A stretch of DNA of 51,675 nt, taken from positions 1-51,675 of the forward strand of contig JAITSP010000052.1 in NCBI GenBank assembly GCA_031287725.1. The letters run 5' to 3'. The notes beneath the pieces were generated by a model, which did no database searches, was not told the DNA's origin, and was given only the letters and a program-made list of their open reading frames with translations. A program made the position numbers and the translations under genes. Below, piece after piece: positions 18,806 to 25,897 of this stretch (positions are counted from its first letter, which is position 1; every line of letters begins with the position of its first letter). The DNA comes from Rickettsiales bacterium. GTDB lineage: Bacteria > Pseudomonadota > Alphaproteobacteria > Rickettsiales > UBA1997.

Positions 18806-18930
18806 TAGAAAAAATTTGGGGAAAACCCGGAGAAGAACTGTAGAAAAACCTGAACTAGGGCGGGCCTAGTGTAGGTACATCCACAGGGCTAGGCTATAGC
18901 CACCTGCTCTGGCCAGCTTCCCTGGGCCCG

Positions 18931-18958
18931 TTGCAAATTTTTTTTCCCTCTCTATAGT
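18931..18958 (+). promoter_or_regulatory. Putative promoter of pccB
   Basis: ttgcaa (18931-18936), 16-nt T-rich spacer, tatagt (18953-18958), 25 nt upstream of the ATG. Confidence 0.4.
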
Positions 18959-18983
18959 CCCTGGATCTAGTTTTGGTACGACC

Positions 18984-20510
18984 ATGCATGAGTCCAGGAG
19001 TAGACTAGCGGCAAAGAAAGAACAATCGCTGCTAGGTGGTGGGATAGAAAAGATAGCAAGACAGCACCAGCAGGGAAAGCTGACTGCCAGAGAGAGGATA
19101 GAGACGCTGCTGGATCCAGATTCCTTTGAGGAATATGGGGTCTATGTGGAGCACAGGTGCACAGACTTCGATATGCAGTCCAGGAAGTACAGTGGGGACG
19201 GCGTGATAACTGGCTCGGGCACCATAAACGGCAGGCTGGTCTTTGTCTATGCCCAGGATTTTACCGTCATCGGTGGCTCTCTAGGCCAGGCCCAGGCCCA
19301 GAAAATCGAGAGAATAATAAATATGGCCCTGAAAGCCCGAGTTCCAGTGATAGGCATGCTCGACTCGGGCGGGGCCCGAATACAGGAGGGGGTTGATGCG
19401 CTGGGGGGCTACGGTAAGATTTTTCAGAGAATTGTCGATGCCTCCGGCGTCATACCGCAGATATCGCTGATAATGGGTCCCTGTGCCGGTGGTGCTGTCT
19501 ACGCGCCAGCGCTGGGTGACTTCATCTTCATGACAAAGGAGACCTCCTACATGTTTCTGACGGGGCCTGACGTCGTAAAAACCGTTACCCATGAGGAAAT
19601 TACTAAGGAACAGCTGGGAGGTGCCAGTGTCCACGGGCCCATCAGTGGAGTCGCCGATAAAGTATTTAATAACGACATAGAATTGCTGCTCCAGACCAGA
19701 AGGCTATTTGATTTTCTGCCACTGAACTATCTGGACAGGGTCCCAGAAATCGACACCGTTGACCAGGCCGATAGGGTCGACGTCTCGCTCAATACTCTAG
19801 TGCCGGAGAATAAGAATCAGGCCTATAACATTAAAGAGCTTATCCTGAAAATTATAGACGAGGGTAATTTTTTCGAAATAAAACCTGATTTTGCAAAAAA
19901 TATAGTTGTGGGATTCACCAGAATGGAGGGTCGCACCGTCGGAATAGTGGCAAACCAGCCCCTAGAGCTGGCTGGCTGTCTAGACATAGACGCATCTCGG
20001 AAGGCGGCCAGGTTCGTTCGCTTCTGTGACGCCTTCAACATACCTCTAGTGACTCTAGTGGATGTTCCAGGTTTCCTGCCGGGGAAAGATCAGGAGTATA
20101 ACGCCATAATAACCCATGGGGCAAAGTTACTCTACGCCTACGCAGAATCCAGTGTGCCAAAGATTACCATAGTGACCCGGAAGGCCTACGGTGGAGCCTA
20201 CATAGTTATGAATTCTCGCCATCTTAGAGGTGATCTAAACTACGCTTGGGATGACGCCGAAATAGCTGTCATGGGAGCCGAGGGTGCCGTTAACATCATG
20301 TGCCGGGATCTAGGGGAGACGGAGAAGGAGCGGGTAATAGAGGAGTACAGAGAAAAATTCTCAACTCCGTTTTTTGCCGCCTCCCGGGGCTACATAGATG
20401 AAGTCATCAGGCCCCAGAACACCAGAAAGAGAATATGCGATGGGCTGAAATTTCTAAGGAACAAGAGCATAAAAATGCCCGGCAAAAAACACGACAATCT
20501 ACCCCTCTAG
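18984..20510 (+). CDS. pccB: Propionyl-CoA carboxylase beta subunit / methylmalonyl-CoA carboxyltransferase (carboxyl transferase domain)
   Basis: 508 aa, typical length. Conserved stretches [50 protein letters not shown]...[33 protein letters not shown]. Confidence 0.9.
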   Translation: MHESRSRLAAKKEQSLLGGGIEKIARQHQQGKLTARERIETLLDPDSFEEYGVYVEHRCTDFDMQSRKYSGDGVITGSGTINGRLVFVYAQDFTVIGGSLGQAQAQKIERIINMALKARVPVIGMLDSGGARIQEGVDALGGYGKIFQRIVDASGVIPQISLIMGPCAGGAVYAPALGDFIFMTKETSYMFLTGPDVVKTVTHEEITKEQLGGASVHGPISGVADKVFNNDIELLLQTRRLFDFLPLNYLDRVPEIDTVDQADRVDVSLNTLVPENKNQAYNIKELILKIIDEGNFFEIKPDFAKNIVVGFTRMEGRTVGIVANQPLELAGCLDIDASRKAARFVRFCDAFNIPLVTLVDVPGFLPGKDQEYNAIITHGAKLLYAYAESSVPKITIVTRKAYGGAYIVMNSRHLRGDLNYAWDDAEIAVMGAEGAVNIMCRDLGETEKERVIEEYREKFSTPFFAASRGYIDEVIRPQNTRKRICDGLKFLRNKSIKMPGKKHDNLPL

Positions 20511-20548
20511 CCAAGCGCCCAGGATCTGGCCGCTGGAGCCCCGGCATC

Positions 20549-23500
20549 CTAGCACAGCTGCTGGGGGGGAGGAGCTGCCGCCCTATCCTCACTCTCCTGC
20601 CTTTCGGTGTCTAGCAGGGCGGCGTGACTCTTTCCCGTTTTGGCCTTTGCAGCATCCAGGATTGCCTGTCTTTTTCCTTCCCCCTCCTTCATTTCTGGGC
20701 TAGAATGACTCTCCTTCTGCTCCGGAGCGGTTTTTTCTTCCATCAATCTGCTAGGCACACCCTCGCCCAGAGCTGTGGGCTCTTCAGCCACTGTCTCTGG
20801 CGTAGCCCCCTTTTCATCCTGGGCCGCCCCAGCCTGATTATTTCCAACAAATAGGGCAACTTTGGCGCCTCTGAGAAAATTCTCACTAAATTCATCGGCT
20901 TTGGTAATTATCTTATTTTTTTCTTTCTCCTCCTCTACCGCTGGCTCTTGACCCCCGATAGTTTTTTCCTCCAGATCTGGGCTGGTCTCTGGCTCCGGAG
21001 CTGATTCCTCTGTCGATTTAGCCTCAACCTTCGGCTTCTCAGCCTCCTCTTTTTTCTCTAGAGTACTCTCTCCACTCTGCTCTACGTTTTTCTGCTCCTC
21101 GGTTGCTGGTTTGTTGCTAGTCTCCCCCTCTGGAGCCAGCATCTTTCCAGAGTCCTCGGATTTTTCCACCTTCGGTCCATCTTCAGTTCCCGTGGCCACC
21201 GCTGGCTCCACCGTAGCCTTAGCTTCCTTCTCCCCGCTCTGGTCAGATTTTGTCTTAGCTTCCCCGGCGCCCCTAGCAGCCATCTGTTTATTCGCTTCCT
21301 CTTGAATTTTTCCATACCTAACCTTGAGATCCCTCTGTCCATCCGCTATTTCCCTCAGCCTTCTCTCCTGCCCACCAAATAGTACGGTAATATGAAGTAT
21401 GCCGTTAGCAGCTGTTTTGAAGCCATTCACGAATCCCCTGAAAAATCCGCTAATTCTTTTTCCCTTTTCCTTTGCCCCCATGATTCCACCGGCGATAGAT
21501 CCAGCCACGAGGCCAGAGATATAGGCACCTAGGCCTGTCGCAATATCAAGGGCTTTCCCCAGAAAGGGTATGGGGAGAATATTACTCACAATACCCTTAG
21601 CCTCGTTGACAATGGTGCCCAGAACTCCCTGGGTCTGGCTGTAGGCCTCCAGAGCTCCTCTGGCGGACTGTTCTGCGAGGCTGCAGGCTCTAATCCTATA
21701 GTCTATGGTTTTCTCCCCCAACTCCTCTATTTGCCTCTCTCTCGCCTTGATTTTATCATCCAGCTGTTTTTCATCGGACGTTCCAGCTTTAACTTGTCTT
21801 TCGTCCCGTAGTTTTTTTAGCTCCTCCTTCCGCTTCTCTATATCCTGCATCAGGAGAACCACCTCTTTGACATCTCTGTTAAATTTCTCCTGTTCCCTAT
21901 TTTTCTTTTTCTCCTCCAGCTCTTTTGCGAACTCTGGAGTTATATTATAGGGATCGTCCAGCTCTAGATATGGATTACTGCTGATTGTAGCTCTCCTTTC
22001 CTGCTCCATCTGCTCAATTTCTTTCTGTCTAGCTCTGTAGTCCTTCGTTATCTGGGCTATATCCTTTGCCAGCTGTTTTTCCTTCTGTCTCAGGGCCTTT
22101 CTATCATCCTTTGACATTTCCCTAAATGTTTTGTCTTTGAGTTTTAATCCAATCTCTACCATGTTTTTGAGATTATCATCCCGTTTCCTCTCTATCTCCT
22201 TAAACTCAGCATTTAGCCTAGCTAGCCTAGTTTCTTTTGCTCTGAAGGTTTCTATTTTTTCATGTTTCTCCTTCTCTTCCATTTCTTTCTTTTCCTCGTC
22301 TTCGGCTCTAACCACATCAGGCTCATCCACTAGTCTTATTTTTCTTATTTTCTCATCAACCCTAGCCACATATCTTTCGAGCTCCCCCTTTTTATTTCTC
22401 AATTCGCCCGTCCTTTCGTTCAGACAGTCCCTTAGTCTGCGGCGGAAAAACTTTTTCAGATTGAATATTCCCGTACTAGCCTCTCTCAGAGCCACATACG
22501 TTCCCCTCAGGAAACCGGCGACCTTGCCCCGGTAGCTATCCTTCTCCCGGGCTCCGCCGATGCCGCCCCTGATTGCCGCAACTCCTATTGATAGAGCAGT
22601 CAGGATAGTCTTCTCAATGATATTGAATGACCAATTTAAGCTGGATCTGGTAGCCTGTATGTACTTTCCCTCTACTTCCTGGGCCTCCAGATTCCCGGTA
22701 ACCGGATTTTCAACCTTACTCTGAAGTTGCCCCTTGGCGTTAAGGCCGCCTCCACCAAAGGTCCCCTCGGCAATGTCAAAAACCATCACTCCGAGTTCGA
22801 TGGCTTCACGTCCCAACTCACACTCCCTAATTTTGCACTCCAGGGTTCTTCCCATTAGAGTGTTCAGTTTCTCCCTAGCCTTCCTTTTCTCTTTCTTCAG
22901 CTCTCTAGCCTCGGCCATCAGCTTCTCCTCGTCATGGCTAGGCCGACGAGACTTCTTTCTAATAAACCTGATCAGACGAAATTGGTCTTTGGTCTTACTA
23001 TCTAGGATGGCCTCTGCCCCCATCCGGATTTCCTCCAGTTTTTTCGTTTTTTCCTTCAGGCTGCTGAGAATAGCCTTTAGATTTTTCTCCTCCTCCTTTA
23101 TTTCTCTCTTCAGGATCCTGATTCGGTTCACATCTTTCTTGAATTGTTCATCCTTCTCATCTTCTTCATCTCTCTTTTTCTCCTCCTCCTCATTTTTCCT
23201 TTTCTCCTCCTCCTCTTCTTTTTTCTTCCTCTCTTCCTCCACCTTTTTTCTATATTCCTCTGCATCTTTTCTATATTCCTCTACATTTTTTCTCTCTTCC
23301 TCTAACTTTTTTCTCTCCTCCTCCAGATTTTTTCTCTCCTCCTCTAGCTTTCTTTTGTCTTCCTTCTCTCTCTTCATTTTAGCATTTTTTTTCTTCCTTC
23401 TCTTCTTTTTTCCTCCTTTCTTCTCTTCCTTCTCTTCCTTCTCTTCCTTCTCTTCCTTCTCTTCCTCTTTTACATTTTTCTCCTCCTTCCTCTCTAACTC

Positions 23501-23689
23501 TCCAATCTTCACCACAGGAGTCCGGGGAGGTTCAGGGGTCTCAATTTCCTCCGATTCCGAACCAACCTCTGGCTCCGGGGTTGGCTCCGCCGCCATTACC
23601 TTCCTACTCTCTTTGATCTTTCCTGGATCGCCGTCTAGCGGGGGTGGACTATTCTCAACCGTTGCTGTAGTGCTGTCGCTGCTGTCCAT
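20549..23689 (-). CDS. Large (1046 aa) Glu/Lys-rich protein with two copies of a coiled-coil plus glycine-zipper module
   Basis: Long ORF with no signal peptide. Basic cluster KKGGKKKRRKKKNAKMKREK. Two related modules ending in Gly-rich hydrophobic segments (LSIGVAAIRGGIGGA...GFLRG and GLGAYISGLVAGSIAGGIMGA...GFFRGF). Confidence 0.75.
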   Translation of the reverse strand: MDSSDSTTATVENSPPPLDGDPGKIKESRKVMAAEPTPEPEVGSESEEIETPEPPRTPVVKIGELERKEEKNVKEEEKEEKEEKEEKEEKKGGKKKRRKKKNAKMKREKEDKRKLEEERKNLEEERKKLEEERKNVEEYRKDAEEYRKKVEEERKKKEEEEEKRKNEEEEKKRDEEDEKDEQFKKDVNRIRILKREIKEEEKNLKAILSSLKEKTKKLEEIRMGAEAILDSKTKDQFRLIRFIRKKSRRPSHDEEKLMAEARELKKEKRKAREKLNTLMGRTLECKIRECELGREAIELGVMVFDIAEGTFGGGGLNAKGQLQSKVENPVTGNLEAQEVEGKYIQATRSSLNWSFNIIEKTILTALSIGVAAIRGGIGGAREKDSYRGKVAGFLRGTYVALREASTGIFNLKKFFRRRLRDCLNERTGELRNKKGELERYVARVDEKIRKIRLVDEPDVVRAEDEEKKEMEEKEKHEKIETFRAKETRLARLNAEFKEIERKRDDNLKNMVEIGLKLKDKTFREMSKDDRKALRQKEKQLAKDIAQITKDYRARQKEIEQMEQERRATISSNPYLELDDPYNITPEFAKELEEKKKNREQEKFNRDVKEVVLLMQDIEKRKEELKKLRDERQVKAGTSDEKQLDDKIKARERQIEELGEKTIDYRIRACSLAEQSARGALEAYSQTQGVLGTIVNEAKGIVSNILPIPFLGKALDIATGLGAYISGLVAGSIAGGIMGAKEKGKRISGFFRGFVNGFKTAANGILHITVLFGGQERRLREIADGQRDLKVRYGKIQEEANKQMAARGAGEAKTKSDQSGEKEAKATVEPAVATGTEDGPKVEKSEDSGKMLAPEGETSNKPATEEQKNVEQSGESTLEKKEEAEKPKVEAKSTEESAPEPETSPDLEEKTIGGQEPAVEEEKEKNKIITKADEFSENFLRGAKVALFVGNNQAGAAQDEKGATPETVAEEPTALGEGVPSRLMEEKTAPEQKESHSSPEMKEGEGKRQAILDAAKAKTGKSHAALLDTERQESEDRAAAPPPQQLC

Positions 23690-24110
23690 ATGTTTTCCTT
23701 TGTAATTTTATGCCAATGTTTAGGCAAGATTAATATAGTTAACATGTGCCCAAGGATAATATTTGTAAATTATAAATCAATCATATTTTTCTCACATATA
23801 CAACACATGATGCAATAATAGTACACATCCTGCCATATGATAAATAATTCTTCCATCGCTAGAGGCGCGATACTTCGCAATTTATCTTCACATGATACAA
23901 ATATTCATAGCCGTCAAGAAGCCTAGACACATGGTTTACACCATAGCTACAGAGAAATTTACATACTATGAGTAAAAATTTTTTAGCCAAAATTCCAGAT
24001 GGGTTGGATTTTTCCTGTGTCACTGAGGTCTAATTTGATTTTCAATGGACTCTTTATTTTTATAAAATAGCCTATAGTATAGTCAGTATGTTTATTTTTT
24101 CCAAAAAAAT

Positions 24111-24362
24111 ATGGATCAGATGGATTTTAACGAAGCCTCTTCCAAACTCGAAAGTATATTAGATGAGTTGGAGAGCGATGACGCTGCTAATTTTACTCCT
24201 GAGGAGATAGATAAGAAGCTCAGAGAAGCTGAAGCTCTAAGGGATCATTGTCGGAAACTTCTTAAGAGGGAAAAAGCCGATATAATAAAGACGGCCAGGG
24301 AGAATGATATTCCTCTGGAGGAAATTGGCCTAACGGAAGATGACGACGATGAGGAGGAGTAG
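24111..24362 (+). CDS. xseB: Probable exodeoxyribonuclease VII small subunit
   Basis: 83 aa, helical and acidic. Pattern F.EA...LE.I...LES...EE...C..LL resembles the XseB family. Typical size. Confidence 0.55.
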   Translation: MDQMDFNEASSKLESILDELESDDAANFTPEEIDKKLREAEALRDHCRKLLKREKADIIKTARENDIPLEEIGLTEDDDDEEE

Positions 24363-24400
24363 AAGAGGTAGTGGTTCCCTAGACAGGGGGGAGTGACGTT

Positions 24401-24712
24401 GTGAGCTCCACAGTGAATGGTGAGAACTTCGAGGGTTCGATAGAGACGGGCGTTGCCCTGGTGGACTTCTGGGCCGAATGGTGTGGCCCCTGTAGGATGC
24501 TAGGGCCGATCATCGAGGAACTGGGTGCCGAATTGGCTGGTAGGGTTAGGATCTATAAGTGCAATGTTGATGACTGCCCGGATTTGGCAGGAAAATTCAA
24601 TGTGCGGAGTATCCCGACCCTGATCCTGTTCCGAGATGGTGAGGTTGTCGACACTTCCGTGGGTGCGCTGTCCAAGGCGGCTATAGGGAGTTGGCTAGAG
24701 TCGAAGTTGTAG
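24401..24712 (+). CDS. trxA: Thioredoxin
   Basis: WAEWCGPCRM active site, 103 aa, IPTLILF motif. GTG start. Confidence 0.95.
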   Translation: MSSTVNGENFEGSIETGVALVDFWAEWCGPCRMLGPIIEELGAELAGRVRIYKCNVDDCPDLAGKFNVRSIPTLILFRDGEVVDTSVGALSKAAIGSWLESKL

Positions 24713-25785
24713 ATTGTCGCCCGAAGGTTTCGGGGCAGTCTCCAGTAGGCGACTCTGGGTCCTACCTCGAGGTGGAGCTAGAAAATTCCCCAGAGAGAGT
24801 AGTGGGTGCCGATTGGCTAGGACTAGAGGACTTGCTGGGGGCAGGTGCCGGAGAGGGACCTGGAGGTGTTAGGTATTCCAAAACACCGGGGGTTTTTTTT
24901 GTCATGAATAACTCTAGGAGGCTGCTAGAACGAGCTAGCCAGCTCCTGGGGGAGATGGGATACACTCCGAAGGTGGGCCTAGAGGTCGAGTTCTACGGCG
25001 GAAGGATAGGGAGTCCCGAGGAGCTGGATGGGCTGCTGGGCGACTTCGCCCGGACTGCCGCCATTGGCTACGGAGGTGTGACTAGAGAAGTGGGAAGAAA
25101 TCAGTTTGAGGTTAGTCTCAGCCCCCAGCTGGCCATGGGAAAGTTGGTGGACGATTTCCTTCTAGTTAAAAACTTTCTTCTGGCTAGTGACCCTGCCGTC
25201 TCCTTCGATGCAATGCCTTCCTACTATCAGCCGCGCAGTGCACTGCAGATGAATGTCAGTCTAAACGGCGGGGATGGAGTTAATCTCTTCGCGAGAAGCG
25301 GAGATGGTGAGGAGAGTAGACTTCTGCTGAACTCGGTGGCTGGTCTGCTGGCCACGACGAACAGCTTTCTGCCACTGTATCTGGGACCTGGCGGGGATCC
25401 GCTGGTTATGTTTGACGAGGAATTTAACCGTGCAATCCACTCCCAGGGGAGGAATCCAATGCCAACCTACAACAGCTGGGGTATAAATAACAGGAGCTGT
25501 AGCGTTAGAATTCCGACTCCAAAGAACTTCTTTTCAGAAAAAGACTACAGAATTGACAGCAGACTGAACAGGAGAATAGAGTTTAGGGTTGCCACAGCCG
25601 ATTCCAATGTTGAGTGTGCTCTATTCGGCCTACTATACAGCCTGCTCTATGGAATTCAGAATGGTCTGGAGCCACCACCAGCAACTAGTAACAATGTTCT
25701 GGAGTACCATGAGGGCTTCCGCAGAATAGCTTTCGAAGACAACATTCTGAGCATCATCCATCCTAGTTTTTTTAGCTGCGACTAA
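24691..25785 (+). CDS. Glutamine synthetase-like catalytic-domain protein (short, with substituted metal ligands)
   Basis: GS catalytic motifs GLEVEFY, REVGRNQFEVS, SWGINNRSCSVRIP, RRIEFRV. The GSGMHxHxSL position reads RSALQMNVSL. TTG start overlaps trxA by 22 nt; an alternative ATG lies at 24904. Confidence 0.7.
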   Translation: MARVEVVDCRPKVSGQSPVGDSGSYLEVELENSPERVVGADWLGLEDLLGAGAGEGPGGVRYSKTPGVFFVMNNSRRLLERASQLLGEMGYTPKVGLEVEFYGGRIGSPEELDGLLGDFARTAAIGYGGVTREVGRNQFEVSLSPQLAMGKLVDDFLLVKNFLLASDPAVSFDAMPSYYQPRSALQMNVSLNGGDGVNLFARSGDGEESRLLLNSVAGLLATTNSFLPLYLGPGGDPLVMFDEEFNRAIHSQGRNPMPTYNSWGINNRSCSVRIPTPKNFFSEKDYRIDSRLNRRIEFRVATADSNVECALFGLLYSLLYGIQNGLEPPPATSNNVLEYHEGFRRIAFEDNILSIIHPSFFSCD

Positions 25786-25835
25786 CCCTTTTTCCAGGGG
25801 GGAAGGGATAGGCGCGGCCAGCGCTATGGACAAAA

Positions 25836-25865
25836 CCCCTCCCGACGGCAAGCCGTCGGGAGGGG
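25836..25865 (-). terminator. Hairpin terminator between convergent genes (13-bp stem, caag loop); U-run on the minus strand
   Basis: cccctcccgacgg-caag-ccgtcgggagggg with exact arms. Flanked on the left by caaaa, which reads ttttg after the hairpin for the minus-strand MORN gene. Confidence 0.55.
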
Positions 25866-25897
25866 GATGCGGACCCTCCGTGCCAATTATCTCCAGA

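Noticed and set aside
18529-18983. 455-bp intergenic region examined for an ncRNA (tmRNA, SRP RNA, RNase P RNA) or tRNA
   Set aside because: No T-loop GTTCRANYC, no SRP or RNase P signature strings, and no tmRNA tag frame were recognised. Only a palindrome and promoter-like boxes were seen.
22734-23705. 323-aa plus-strand ORF
   Set aside because: It is the antisense shadow of the E/K-rich N-terminal part of the 1046-aa minus-strand gene (Ser/Phe-rich mirror frame).
23690-24110. 420-bp AT-rich divergent intergenic region considered as a replication origin
   Set aside because: No TTATCCACA-type DnaA boxes or AT-rich 13-mer clusters were recognised. It is more simply a pair of divergent promoters.
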